A DNA stretch of 64,000 bases from the human T2T-CHM13v2.0 reference genome, Homo sapiens, in the NCBI RefSeq assembly GCF_009914755.1, contig NC_060940.1. One strand, 5' to 3'. Both the position numbers and the translations under genes were made by a program. The notes under the pieces were generated by a model. That model was not told the DNA's origin. It searched no databases and saw only the letters and a program-made list of their open reading frames with translations. Shown in pieces: positions 31,558 through 45,806 of this stretch. Numbering within the stretch: position 1 is the first letter of the stretch; each line of letters opens with the position of its first letter.

Positions 31558-32372
31558 TGTACTTGCTTATGTTGTGGTTGTCTCTTTCTGCTTAACGAAC
31601 CACCACAAAATGCTCCTTAAAGCAATGGCAATGACTTATTATTCTCTCTCAGTGCACCTGGGGGTTGACTGGGCTCAACTGGGTAGTTCTTGCATGGGAG
31701 GTGGGTGGGTGGGCAAGGGTTGCTGTCAGACTGGCTGGAGCTGGAATTATCCTGCTGCCTTCTACACTCACTTGCCTGGTGCATGGGCTCAGCCAGCTGG
31801 ATCTGGGAAAGCCAGGGCTGCTGGAGCCTCTCGATCTCTAGCTGGTCTCTGCAGCATGGAGGCTTAACGGTAACCAGACTTTGCACACGTCAGCTCAGGG
31901 CTTTAAAGGCACAATATCCAAAGAGATAGAGAAAAAGAGCAAGTGAACCAGGAAGAAGTCATAGCCCTTTTTCTGACTTAGCCCCAGAAGTCATGCATCA
32001 CTCACAGCACCTTCTATTCACTGAGGCAGTCAAAAGGCCTGCCCATGTTCAAGGGGAGAGAGATAGACTCCATATACCACCTTCTATTCATTGAGGAAGT
32101 CAAAAGGCCTGCCCATGTTCAAGGGGAGAGAAATAGACTCCATATACCACCTTCTATTCATTGAGGAAGTCAAAAGACCTGCCCAGGTTCAAGGGGAGAG
32201 AAATAGACTCCATATATCACCTTCCACTCATTGAGGCAGTCAAAAGCTCTGCCCAGGTTCAAGGGGAGAGAAATAGCCTCCATATTTTGACAGTGAGTGA
32301 CAAAATTTGGAAAGACCATATTAGACCTGAACTGTTACTATGGCCATTTTTGTAAAATACAATCGGCCACAC
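31558..32372 (-). mobile_element. MLT1 (G/H-like) LTR containing a 70-bp tandem repeat
   Basis: 'ttaacgaaccaccacaaaa...gggctcaactgggtagttct...ggccatttttgtaaaatacaatcggccaca'. Confidence 0.7.
32008..32285. repeat. 70-bp minisatellite, 4 copies
   Basis: Unit 'caccttctattcattgaggaagtcaaaaggcctgcccatgttcaaggggagagaaatagactccatatac' starts at 32008, 32078, 32148 and 32218. Confidence 0.95.
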
Positions 32373-32540
32373 TTTGTATCTTCATATAAGCCAGAAACCA
32401 GGCTCAAGGTATGACAACAGTGATCTCTCAAAGCCTCAGATATCTGCTCTGCAGGTTGGGTCAGGGCAATGGTTTTCAAATTAGTGTATAGCAACTGTAT
32501 CTATCAAAATCTTTTTCAGAAGCTTAAAATGTAAAGCAGA

Positions 32541-32908
<368 letters not shown>

Positions 32909-34557
32909 TTAGCCTCCCTTCCCACCCTGCCCTTTAAGCTCCCTTCCATCTGGAACCTTCTCTGCTTTGACAGTTGCATACCCTCAAGGGAGAACCACAG
33001 TCCCAGGACTGGGCTTCCTTCTTGGCTCCCCAACTTTTGCCTAAAGACGGAGGAAACCTCCTTCTCTCTCCATTCCCATTACCCAGCCTGGGAGAGGATT
33101 GATTTAACCTAACAGAGATAGATTGGCGAAATCACCCTTGCAGTGGGTGCTGAAGAGTAATGGTACCCAGGAGGGACAGGTAAGCAAAAAGAGAACAAAC
33201 CCAGCAATTTTCAGACATCTGCACTGTCCATTACTTCATTCACTTAGATAAACAAATAACCCCCAGGCAATCTGCAGCCAGAACCTCCGGAGCTGCAGGA
33301 ATGATTTCCTTTCATTAGACACAAAGACTCATCAATGCCCTTTATTCACACCACCACATGCCCAAACAGCACAAGCAGATCCCCAGCTGGCCCACTATGT
33401 CTGGACATCTACTCAACACAGGATGGAAATCCCCCCTTTCCACCCTGCTGAAGTATGGGAGTGCAATAGCTGAGAGAGGACATCAGCCCACCTCACACGG
33501 CTGGGGTTCTCTGCCGGTATAGGTAGCAGATGCAGCCCAGTGTGCCTGAGACGTTGGTAAAAATGAAGTGGCTCCTGGGAGGTGGACACCGTGAGAATCC
33601 TCCGTCTCCACTGCTCAGCTGCCTGGGCCATCAGGGTGGTTGACGAAGAAGTACCAAGTCCACTCTGAAGCAGCCCCTTCATCAACCTCTGTAGTCCACT
33701 CTGATGCTTGAACGTGTCCAGGAGTATTGTTAGCAGGGCCCTGGGCACATGCCCTGTTTCCTCAGTCAGAGGATCACATTGAGTCACACTGGTACAGGGA
33801 CCACACTGACCCTCAGGCCAGATGACCAGGGAGTGACCTATCACAAGTGGCCAGAAACCACATTCTCCTCCCTTTGGCTGTGCTCCCAACTTCAACTCCC
33901 TTCCCCATGGGCCCATCCTGAAGTTAGTCTTGAAGTTAGTCAGTCTTTAGGGGTCACACATTCCCAGGCCTTCTCTAACCTTGACTTATGGGATATTGTT
34001 GCCATCTCCGATTATGAATTGAGTGAGCACCTCAGCATCAGTCAGTGGCCATTCCACGGAAGAAAGCCCCACAGAGGATTCTCTTATCTGCCACAGCAAG
34101 AGAATACAACGTTCTAATTCCGTAAATCTCAAATTCCTGTCATTTTCTTTGTACCATCATGATTTTGGCCATATTCCACAATATATTTAATATTTTTAAT
34201 GAATTGACTCACTTTTGTAGAAAAAGAAAATATTTATTTTAAAGAAAACTTTTTATTACTGCCCAAACTGGAAGATGAATATTGCACCTCATCAGTAGAC
34301 AATGACCATAAAAATAAGCCCAAGAGAAGTTCACTGTTGATTAGCCACATATGCTTCACTCTACTCATTCCTGAAACCTCATAAAATGATAGTTAAGAAA
34401 TAAAAAACAAAAAGGCATAAATCCACAGTGCCAAAAAGAACAGAAAAGGAGCAGAGAGCAAATGACAGATATCAACAAAATTTTGGAGGATAGTGAGAAA
34501 ATGGATTAACTGACATCTAGGCCTGGGAAAAAAAGAAGCAAAGAATTGAGCAATTCT

Positions 34558-35108
34558 TAGAAATACCATTTGACCTAGCCATCCCATTACTGGGTATATA
34601 CCCAAAGGATTATAAATCATGCTGCTATAAAGACACATGCACATATATGTTTATTGCAGCACTATTCACAATAGCAAAGTCTTGGAACCAACCCAAATGT
34701 CCATCAATGATAGACTGGATTAAGAAAATGTGGCACATATACACCATGGAACACTATGCAGCCATAAAAAAATGATGAGTTCATGTCCTTTGTAGGGACA
34801 TGAATGAAGCTGGAAACCATCATTCTCAGTAAACTATCACAAGGACAAAAAAACCAAACACCGCATGTTCTCACTCATAGGTGGGAATTGAACAATTAGA
34901 ACACTTGGACACAGGAAGGGGAACATCACACACCAGGGCCTGTCATGGGGTGGGCGGAGGGTGGAGAGATAGCATTTGGAGATATACCTAATGTAAATGA
35001 CGAGTTAATGGGTGCAGCACACCAACATGGCACATGTACACATATGTAACAAACCTGCATGTTGTGCACATGTACCCTAGAACTTAAAGTATAATTAAAA
35101 AAAAAAAA
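34558..35108 (+). mobile_element. L1PA4/5-like 3' end with TSD
   Basis: 'gacgagttaatgggtgcagcacaccaacatgg...ccctagaacttaaagtataat'; TSD aaagaattgagca(a/g)ttct at 34540-34557 and 35106-35123. Confidence 0.93.
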
Positions 35109-35499
35109 GAATTGAGCAGTTCTGAGCCATGATACCCTGGAAAGGCTTCTGGGGAGGTGAGAGTTCAGGTAGGGCTAAAGCCAGGAGGATTGATGGAAAG
35201 TCTGAATTGGAATCAGAGTCCCTCTCCCACCATCTGCAGCCAGGGACCACTCCTCTTGCTTCCCAGAAGATGGGATATTTATTATTTGGGGAGGTTGATA
35301 ATGAAATCAGTCCTTCTACCATCAAAATAATTTTATAACACTGTAAAAGTTGAAAATGCAACTAACAGCAGTGACCAATTCTTGGTGTTTTATTATGTGG
35401 GTATCACACTCTCCTTACGTGATAAGAAGTTTGCCTGTGTGCGCTAAAATGGTAAGGCCCAAAAGGACATTGGTGGGCACTGCAGCTTCTGTTATACTC

Positions 35500-36980
35500 A
35501 GATAAGAAAAGATATTCCATCCATGAAATAGAAACACAAAACTATAAAAAAGGAACCCCCAGAAATTAAGAAAGAAAAGGCCAAAAATAATGGAGGAGAG
35601 CAGAGAAAGGATAAGAAAATTAGTGGATTCATTTAGGTTTGCCATCTGAATAATAGATATTCCAGTCCAGAGACAAAAAAAAAAAAAAAAAAGAAAAAGA
35701 AAAAGAAAAAGAAAAGAAAAGAAATAAAGCTACAGAGGATGGAAAATTATTAAAGAAATAATGCAAGAAAACTTCCCAGAAAGTACAGACTTTGGTGTTC
35801 TGACTGAAAGGGCTCACTGAGTGCCTAACAACAAATGAACAGCCAACCACACCAAGGGGTGTCCCAGTGAAATTTCAGAGCACCAGAAATACAGCAAAAA
35901 GCCCAAAATCTTCCAAAGAGAAACAAAAATCAAAATTAAACAGTAACAACAACAACAACAAAAATCCAGGTCACATATATAAGAAATTGAGAATCAGCGA
36001 GGCAATGGAGTTTTCCTCAGCAACACTGGAAGCCACTAGAATAGTGGTTTTAAAATTCGGAGAGAAAATTACCTTGACTCTTGAATTTTATACACAGCCA
36101 AACTATCAATCCCATATAATCTAATAATAATTCTTATTTTTAGGTATGTAACATATTGAAAATTTGTCTCCATAAGACGCTTTATGGGGAATATATCAGA
36201 GGATGTGCTCCACCAAAACAAAGGAGTAAATCAGGAAAACTGAAGACATGGGTCCCCGACCGCAGGGCTCCTGCACAGAACAACAGCAGAGGGAAGTCCC
36301 TGATGGCAGCTGTGTTGTAGGCCTGGGGAGCGTTGAGATCGGATGGGGTCATAGGATGAACAACTCCAGGAGGGACGTCTCCAGGAAAAAATGGAGTTGA
36401 CAGCTTAACTGACAGGAGGGGCCGGGTGTAAAATCAGATTGAAGGCCTTTGTACAGAGCTCCTGGAGGGTGTGGGAAGAGTCACCCAGACAGTCAAAGAA
36501 AGCCCAGCAAAAGGAAGCAGGGGCCAGGAAAGAATGACATCCTAAAACACCACTCAACTAAGCTGGGAATAGTCTGTACCCATTCATCATAATAAAACAC
36601 TAAATCTGGATTAATAAAATACAATGCAATAAACTTTTGGTGGGGAGTTGGAAAGAGGGGAGATATATATGAGAAAGACACGACCACTCATTCATATTGG
36701 GAAATTAATAATATCTACGTGTGATGTCTGAAAAATCAGGAGAAAGTAGCATAAACATATCATTTAAAAGTACAGAGGGAAAAAATATAGAAGACACAGT
36801 TATAAAAATTGACAGTGGTTGTTTTAGGGAGCTAACATTCTGGGGTTGAGTGGGCCAACCCCAGGGGCCTGCTGTTTATGATAAGCCTCGTTCACTATGA
36901 GCCTTGCACTATACAGCTATATATGAAACAATTGTGTATCATTTTGACATCATGCTTGCAACGAATTAAAAATAATTCAA
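35500..36980 (+). mobile_element. Ancient L1M ORF1-like or HAL1-like fragment
   Basis: 'ttaaagaaataatgcaagaaaacttcccaga', 'ttctcagcaacactggaagc' and 'gaattttatacacagccaaactatca' are ORF1-region motifs. Confidence 0.6.
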
Positions 36981-38039
36981 TTAACACAAAGCAATTTGTT
37001 TCAATTTTCACTGGACATGGTTGCCTGTTCAAAGCTCTGAGCCTGAGACCTGATCTTTGTTTGAAAAGGAGATTGGAAAAAACAAGAGAGGCATCAAAGA
37101 CAAGCTAGCAACCAACAGAGATTTCACTCAGGCAGGTGATTGGAAAGAGAGAAAGTATCAAAATCTAGCTCCCCAAATATTATCACCAACCCAACTGCTG
37201 CTAAGACAAAGCTGAATTTGTTGTTGACTGCAGCAACGGAGACACCACCATTGGCAGAGTTTTGATGGTGTCTCACAGAGGGGTGTAGGATGAGGGAGGG
37301 GAAGCTAAGTTAGAATGTATTGAGAATTGGAACTTTGGTTTAAGGAGGACGTCTCAATGCAAGGACTTGATCAGGATTGGGTAAAATCATGATTCAACAG
37401 GTCAGGATTGGTGGAAACAGCAAGGCATGGATTTTGAGAGGACAGATTCAACCAAATGTTAGACCACAAATTGTCTCTTGATTCTTTCACTGAAGAATGG
37501 ATAGGTCTTTTGGGAGGTTCCTGTCATGAACAGTCAGACCATCTGGCTGGGCAGGACAGTCCCAGAAAAGCAAAGTCAGGCTAATGAGGACAGGAGACTA
37601 GAAAGTCATGTGAATGTAGGTGATGAGGTGTGGCTGGGTTCTCAGGACCCAGCTCAGTGTGGAGGTTTGGGTTCTTAAGGACAATGAAAGAGAAATAATT
37701 GACCAACGTTAATTAATGCCACCTCCCTATATCATCTCTGTTCAAGTACCTCGGCCTACCTTTTGGGGTAAAATGAGAATTATAGCAAACTGAATGTTAC
37801 TATCTGAGAGTGCTAATTACACTCTGATAATGATGAGACCTCAGACTTGAGGACCTGAACCTCAGTGACCTTTGTCTTCCTTCAGTGATTCAGAAACAGA
37901 GAGAGAGAGGCCCAGGCTCAGGACAGGGGAGCTCTGCAGTTCCCTTACAGAGGTGAGGAGGAGCCTGCAGTCAAGGCCAATTCCTGGCCCATCCCGTGTC
38001 AGCTGGGCTGCAGAAGATGTGCAAGGCACTCACTATTGG

Positions 38040-38354
38040 TTTTTATTTTGTTGTTGTTTTGTTTTGTTTTGGAGATGGAGTCTTGCTCTGTTGCCCAGAC
38101 TGGAGTGTAGTGGGCACGATCTTGGCTCACTGCAACCTCTGCCTCCCGGGTTCAAGCAATTCTCCTGCCTCAGCCTCCTGAGTAGCTGGGATTACAGGTG
38201 TGGGCCACCATGCCCAGCTAATTTTTGTATTTTTAGTACATAAGGGGTTTCACCATGTTGTTTGGGCTGGTCTCGAACTCCTGACTTCAAATGATCCACC
38301 CACCTCAGCCTCCCAAGGTGCTGGGATTACAGGTGTGAGCCACCATGCCTGGCC
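38040..38354 (-). mobile_element. AluS
   Basis: Full dimer with (TTTTG)n tail. Confidence 0.92.
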
Positions 38355-38744
38355 TGTTTTCTGAAGGAGAGTGCATTTCTAGTTTCCAATATCTTAGGAA
38401 TTTGAGGCATTTCATCTTCATTCTTTATATAGACATATTTTTAATTCACTAAAATATTTTTAATCATGCACAATGGAAGGCACCAGCTGCATTTGCTGCC
38501 TGCATTTAATATATCCTAGGATGTTCCCCTTACTTTACTTGGCCCAGCCCACAGGAAAAATAAGGAGGCCAGGCCTGCCTGCGTTCTGCTGCATCACCTG
38601 ATTTGATTTGGGGTCCGTGTCCCAACATTCACGGTTCCCTGAGGGCTGCCAGCCCACTGCACGTACACATGCTGTTGAAGTCCTCCCCGCCCTGGAGAGA
38701 GTGCTGAGTGATAGTCTTTCTCCCACATATGAAGTTTGTTTTTC

Positions 38745-38880
38745 GGCCAGGCGCGATGGCTCACGCCTATAATCCCAACCCTTTGGGAGGTTGAGGAGGG
38801 AGCATTGCTTGAGCCCAGGAGATTGAGACCAGCCCAGGTAACACAGCAAAACTCCATCGTGAAAAAGTAAAAATAGAACA
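38745..38880 (+). mobile_element. FLAM (Alu left monomer)
   Basis: Single arm flanked by aagttt(g/a)tttt repeats. Confidence 0.85.
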
Positions 38881-39559
38881 TAAGTTTATTTTTTAATGAA
38901 AACAGAACGAAACTGGATTATTTATTTTCAGAAACAATCTGTGAGCAAAAATCTTCCACCTGTTTCTGTTGAGGAAAACCCCCTTCTTGCTCGGAGGCAT
39001 CAGCCTCCGAGGGGCCCCGCTGCTGGGGCCATCTTTCCTTTTACTTTCCCAGATCATCTACATCTGGATAAAGACACAAACCTGGGGGATTTGTAGACCA
39101 ACTCTGAAAACCAGTGAGGCAGGGGCCTTTTCAAAACGAGCGACGGCCTTAGCTTCACCACCACCATACTGGGCAGGCAAGTGGCTTTTTCTCAAAGAAG
39201 CAGCAAGACCAGGCACTCAGGTTTCCTGCAGCCCTGGGCTGAAGTTTCTATCAGATTCCAGCCTCAGAGGCTAACGGGAGATGTTTTTAAAGTTAAATCC
39301 ACTCACAAAGGCCTGGGGGAGGGGTCCGTGGCAGCTCTCCGATGCCATCACCAATAACTGAAATACAAAATAACAAAAACAAACCCAAAATGCAAACCAA
39401 AAAAACTCAATTGATTTAATTTTTTGAAATTTTGATTTCAAAGCAAAGTCAGGTTTTGTTCTGAAAGCTGGACTTGGGGATAGAACCAAAGGGCAACCTT
39501 GGGCAGCCTGTTTCGCCCGCCTCTCCTGGAAGCCACAGCAGGGCGGTGGTGACTCGCTT

Positions 39560-40130
39560 ACCTCCCCCAGCCCCACCCCTCCCTGCCCATTCCACCCAGC
39601 CCGAGACCCAGAACTAGACAGGGGATTTGTTACCGCTGATGTGTGGCCCGTCCGAATGAAGGGGGCTTTTCATTAACAAAGTAGCGGGCGGTGTCATCTT
39701 CCCCTGAGTCGGAATCATTCACTATTAGCACAATGTGTTATTATTGTATTTTTAATTGAAATGTAAATTCTGGGAACACTCTGACCCAATTTACTCCCAG
39801 GGAAAAAAGGGCAAAATTCTCATTTTCAAGGCTCTAGAAATGCAAGTTAGTGTTATTAATGATTAAGCTCTTTTTCCTTCCCCCCTGCTGCGGGGTGGGG
39901 GCCGGGATGGGGATCTTCTTATCCAAGCACAATAGTCCTGTTACCCCATCCTCAGAGCGCATTTGATCGCGAGGTAGATGACTGGGTGGGAAGCTCGAAT
40001 ATTTCCCGCAGCCGTTCCTGGGGTTCACACCTGGGCCGGGAAATGGCCAGAGTGTATAGATGCGGTTTCAGGTTTTAAATAACTATGATGATTGACGCAT
40101 GATTAAATGATTGATTTGGAGAGGAGATTA
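39560..40130. promoter_or_regulatory. Candidate conserved developmental enhancer
   Basis: Repeat-free and CpG-retaining; SOX-like (AACAAAG, CACAATG), HNF1/homeobox-like (ATTAATGATTAA) and clustered PBX-like TGATT motifs. Confidence 0.45.
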
Positions 40131-40919
40131 CTGTCCCGTCTATTTCAAAGAAACTCTTTTGTAAAAACAACCAAATGGAGACAGGATGATTCAGGGGTCG
40201 ATTCAGACTTTGCCCACAAACATTGTGCACTCACACCCTTTTGGCTGATGTTTCTAACTTACACTAGAATTCAAAGGGCAATGGGTATTGGCAGCACTCA
40301 GTCTGCTCGCACAGAGAAGAGAGAGCATTCACCCCACCAACAAACATTTGCTGAACACCTACTAAGTGCCAGGTACTAGGAAATGGATAAATAAGCAAAG
40401 GTGAATATTTTATAAGCATCTCTGCCTTCCTAAGTTTTAGCGACAGCCCACATGTCACCTTCCAAGAGAGGTGACCCCTATTACCACCTAGTCTGAGACA
40501 CCCACAGCCTAGTCACTCTCTATCCTTGGCCCTTTAAACATTTTCTTCATGGAGCTAATTATTGCTGGAAATTATCTTGCTTATTTATTCATTGCATATC
40601 TCCCGTCACCGCCCTATCCTTACTGGACTTTAAGAAAGTTCCACAAGGTCCTTGTCCTTGGCTGCCACATTCTGTAGTATGCCCCCAGAACAGAGGTACC
40701 AGGCACCTACCAGTGATTAACAAATATTTAGTAATAAAAGGATGAATACGGTGCAAGAAGTACAAAAAGTTCATCTGATCCAGACACCTACTGTCTCTTA
40801 CCAGTGTCATTAATTCCAGGAGCCTACTCTGTGCCACAGAAATGAATAATCACAGTCTGGGCCCAGAGTTACTGCAAGAGACAAATAATAAGTACAGCCT
40901 GATTCAATAATGTTATAGA

Positions 40920-41138
40920 CCATGATTCTCAACCAGGGGTGATTTTGCACTCCCCCTGCTCAGGGGACATTCAGCAATGTCTGGAGATGTCACAGCTGGG
41001 GAGAGCTGCTACTGGCATCTTGTGGGTAGAGGCCAAGGATGCTGTTAAACATCTTACAATGCATAGGACAGCCTCCACAACAAATAATTAAGAACTCTCT
41101 GGTTCAAAATATCAATAGTGTCAAGGTTGAGAAACTCT
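40920..41138 (+). mobile_element. MER20 (hAT-Charlie)
   Basis: 'ttctcaaccaggggtgattttgc...gggtagaggccaaggatgctgttaaacatcttacaatgcataggacagcc...aaggttgagaaactct'. Confidence 0.9.
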
Positions 41139-43023
41139 CTTATAGACAGAGAATTGTATAGGCACAGGTAGGGGTGAGGGAGGGGCCTGCAGGTAATGGT
41201 CTGGTTAGACTTTGCAGGAGAGGTGGGCTGGGAGCACAGCAAGATCACACCTTCCATGGAACCTCAGAGCATTGCTCCTGGAGCCACCTCTAAATTAAGC
41301 CAGAAGAAAGAGGGCTCTAGAAGCTGCCAACCTTCTCTTGCTTGTCAGTTTCGATATGTAAACTCTTCCCATAGGAACCCCTGATCTAATCCATTATTTT
41401 ATAGAAGGGAAGGTGGAAGCCCTGATAAGGGAACTGTGAGATGACCTCATAACCCTTTGATTAACGAAGGAGGTTAAAGTCCCTGGGTTAGAAAGGAGCA
41501 GATAGTCTAGGCTGATGGGACCCTGGAGCTCACCTTCCCCACAAGTAAAGGAACAGAGCTCTTCCATGCAACCTTATGGGGTCACACTTGCAAGCCAGAA
41601 AGGACCAAGACCAACATCCTTCTTACTCCAGATTTGTCTCTTTGCTGAAGCAGGAGCTAAGGAAGGGAAGGGAGCCTCTTTGCTCAGCTTTTCATGTTAC
41701 CTTTAAACAAATTATTTGTGGCTTCCTGTGAGCAAAATGAAAATAAATACAGGTTAAGAGAAATGGTTAGTGAAACCACATAGCACACAGCGACTCCAGG
41801 TCTTCAAGACTTTATGCAGGTGACATGCTCCAGCCCAACACAAGTGAGCAGAGCATTATTGTCTATTATTGGACGATCCCCAGGTCCAATATTTGGTGTT
41901 GGCAGTGAGCAGGGGAGGGGGGATTCTTTTTAAAGAAACTTGGCATTTCATTATATCTACTTATAGTCCATAGATCAAATGCAGAAGGCAGAAATGTGGG
42001 GTGGGAGAAGTCAAGAATGATGTATGGAAGGTCAGGGTCAGAAAGGGTGGGATAAAGCTATAAAATGAAGCAGCTCTTACATGGCCTCCACCTTCTCAGA
42101 AACTGGGACTCTACAACTGTGTGTTTACAAACCAGGAGTCAGGGCTGAGCTACAAATGCATCTGCCTCTGAGAGCTCCTTGGGGAGGGGTTGGGGACCTC
42201 CATGCCATCAGCCACCGTGTTAACAATGCTGGCCCTGTGAGCTCAGGGCAGATGTCTCAGGATCTTTTCGATGGCTCTCATTCGTGGTCAGATATTCCCT
42301 TCCACATGGATTAAGGGCAAATTCTCTATTTTTGTAGATGCAGAAGACAAAGCAGAAAGCCTCAGAGCTTTCTCTGGGGGACGGAATCCACCCATCAATA
42401 AGTCAGTTGGCAGCTGACAGATCCCAGCCTTGTGCCAGGCTTGGGGGAATGTGAGAGAAAAGGAGTCGTTTCCCCACCCAGGAGTTTATAATCTAGTGGA
42501 GGTGAGGCACAGGTATATCAAACCTGCCCATGGGCAACAACTGCAAAATGGCCCTAAAGAAGAAGCCATGTGATAAGAGCCCAAGGGAGAGAGAGATAGC
42601 TCTGCGCTGGGAAGTGATCAAAGAGGCTTCTTGCAGGAGGTGGTCATCGGTTCCTTAAAGGTTCTCCTTACAGGATGGACCCAGCCCTAAGGGACATTCT
42701 CTGGAAGGTACAAAAGAAGAACAAATTGTGCCTCAGGCCAGGAGGAGTTTTCAATCCTTTAGGGAGGAGGAGGTTCTCAGGAGTCCAGATCTGTCTTCAG
42801 GCAGCATCCCAGATGAGCCGTTAGGTGCCTCAAACCCAACACCTCCCAGTCGGAACTCTTCATGTCGCTCCCAAGCCTGTGCCTTTTTCCATAATAACTA
42901 TCCCAGTGACCAGAAATGAGGAAGTCACTCTAGATGCCTCCATCTCCCTCATCCATTTCTCACCACTGATGGCCACTTCGACCCCTTAACGTCTCCATTC
43001 CTTTGTGTCTCCTCCTTACTAAC

Positions 43024-43400
43024 TGATATGGTTTGGCTATGTCCCTACCCAAATCCCATCTTGAATTGTAGTTCCCATAATCTCCACATGTCCTGGGAGG
43101 GATCTGGTGGGAGGTAATTGAATCATAGGGGCGGTTACCCCCATGCTATTCTTATGATTGTGAGTGAGTTCCCATGAGATCTGATGGTTTTATAAGGGGC
43201 TTCCCCCCTTGGCTCCGCACTTCTTTTTCCTGCCATCTTGTGAAGAAAGTGCCTTTCTTCTCCCTTGCCTTATGCCATGACTGTAAGTTTCCTGAGGCCT
43301 CTCCAGCTATGCAGAACTGGGAGTCAATTAAACCTCTTTTCATTATAAATTACCCAGTCTCAGGCAGTTCTTCCTAGCAGTGTGAGAACAGACTAATACA
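43024..43400 (+). mobile_element. THE1 (THE1D-like) solo LTR
   Basis: Starts TGATATGGTTTGGCT and ends GACTAATACA; ATTAAA polyA signal near 43327. Confidence 0.92.
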
Positions 43401-43965
43401 GAATCTCCATTCGCTCCCGATGCCTTCACTCAGGATCCTGCCATTTCGTGCCTATTTGTCCTATCAGGATCCTAATTTATCTCCCCATTTCCAGCCTGGA
43501 TTTCTTCTAATATGTCCCTTCCAGTACAAAATTTCTAAAATGCAAATCTGCTCATGGAAGCAGCTGCTGTTTATTTAGCATTTACTATGTTTCCAACGCT
43601 GGTACTAAGTCACCTTCTCTATCTCCTTTAGTCTTTGCAGCCACCCTCTGAGATGCCTTTGTTACTTGACAAATAAGGACTTGGAGGCTTAGTGAGGTGT
43701 GACACACACTAACTAGCTCAAGGAGACACAGCTCTTGAGTGAGAGTCCAGCCTTGAACCTCCATGGCTGAAGCCATACTCTCAGCTATGAGCTGTATGCT
43801 TTCACTCACTCACTCACTGCCATGCCCACAATTCTTCCATGGATCTCCGGTGCCTTGTAGATGGAAGTCCAACGTGCTTAACCTGCCAGTCTTATTTCCT
43901 AGAGCTCCCCACTCCCTCCTTCTTTACGCAGCCTCCCACCGTGTCTTGCCACTGTGCACCAGCTA

Positions 43966-44561
<596 letters not shown>

Positions 44562-45035
44562 CCCATTCTAAACTTCTTAAAGGAACCAACCATGCTTCCA
44601 AATAAACCAATCATCCTTGAATGCAAACCTTTCTCCACCTCCCTATTGCCACCCTCTCTTCAAGATTTAGTGCAAACACTACTTCCCCCAGGAGGCCTTC
44701 TCCATGTGGCCCAGGTGAAGCATGCTGCCTCAGTGCCACCACAACATCCCAGGTCTCTGCCACAGGACCTACATTCTACCGCAACTGTTTTTATACATTC
44801 ACCTAAACTAGACTGTGATTTCCTGGGAGCACGAACCATGTTTTTCTTTTTCCTAGCACAGTGTCAGCATGGGGTAAGTGCTTGGCAAATTGTTGTTCAG
44901 TGAATATATGAGACAGGTCTTTAAAACATTGCGAGTAAGAAAATGTGCTACCAGACTCAGTTGCAGAGAGAGAAGGAGACAGAAAGTGGGTGGATTGGAT
45001 GGGGAGAGGTTGAAATATACACGGTGCGATAAGTG

Positions 45036-45395
45036 TTGGCAATGGACTCAATGTTTGTGTCTCCCAAAAATTCTTGTGTTGTAATCTTAGACCCCAAGTG
45101 ATGGTCTTAGGAGGTGGGGCCTTTGGGAGGTATTAAGTCATGAGAATAAGGTCCTTATGAATGGGATTAGTGCCCTTATAAATGAGACCCCAGAGAGTCC
45201 CCTCACTGCTTCTACCCTGTGAGAACACAGAGAGAAGGCACCATCTATGCACCAGGAATTGGGCTGTCACCAGACGCTGAACCTTCCAGTCCCTTGAACT
45301 TGGATTTTCCAACCTCCAGAACTGTGAGAAATAAATTTCTGTTGTTAAGCCACCCAGTCTATGGTACTTTATGGCAGCTTGAACAGACTAGAACA
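45036..45395 (+). mobile_element. MLT1A0-like LTR
   Basis: 'atggactcaatgtttgtgtctcccaaaaattc...ggaggtggggcctttgggagg...ccagaactgtgagaaataaatttctgttg'. Confidence 0.88.
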
Positions 45396-45486
45396 AGTAT
45401 TCCTACAGTATTATTAGTTAAGGCATTCACCAGGAATCAGGCCTTCTTGGGAATTCTGTATTCCAAAGGCTGCAAACAGACAGACA

Positions 45487-45806
45487 GCCTGCATGTAGTG
45501 GCTCACTCCTGTAATTCCAGTACTTTGGGAGGCGGAGGCAGGGGATTACTTAAGTCCAGGAGTTCGAGACCAGCCTAAACAACATGGTGAAACCCCATCT
45601 CTACAAAAAAAAAAAAATACAAAATTTAGCTGGGCACAGTGGCATGTGCCTGTAGTCCCAGTTACTTGGGAGGCTAAGGTGGGAGGTTCACCTGGGCCCG
45701 CGGAGGTGGAGGCTTCAGTGAGCTGTGATTGTGCCAATGCACCACTCCAGCCTGGGCATAGAGTGAGACCCTGTCTGAAAAAGAGAGAGAGAGAGAGAGA
45801 GAGAGA
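45487..45806 (+). mobile_element. AluJ with (GA)n tail
   Basis: Full dimer. Confidence 0.9.

Noticed and set aside
32008-32285. Regularly spaced repeats as a CRISPR-like array
   Set aside because: Head-to-tail tandem units with no unique spacers, in a primate genome.
33413-34117. Overlapping 167-aa (-) and 122-aa (+) ORFs, and a 12-bp repeat agtccactctga
   Set aside because: No recognisable domain or convincing exon structure; lengths are compatible with chance. A tBLASTn/PhyloCSF check would settle it.
37160-37680. Possible ancient LTR (LTR78/Gypsy-like)
   Set aside because: Resemblance too weak to name or bound by eye.
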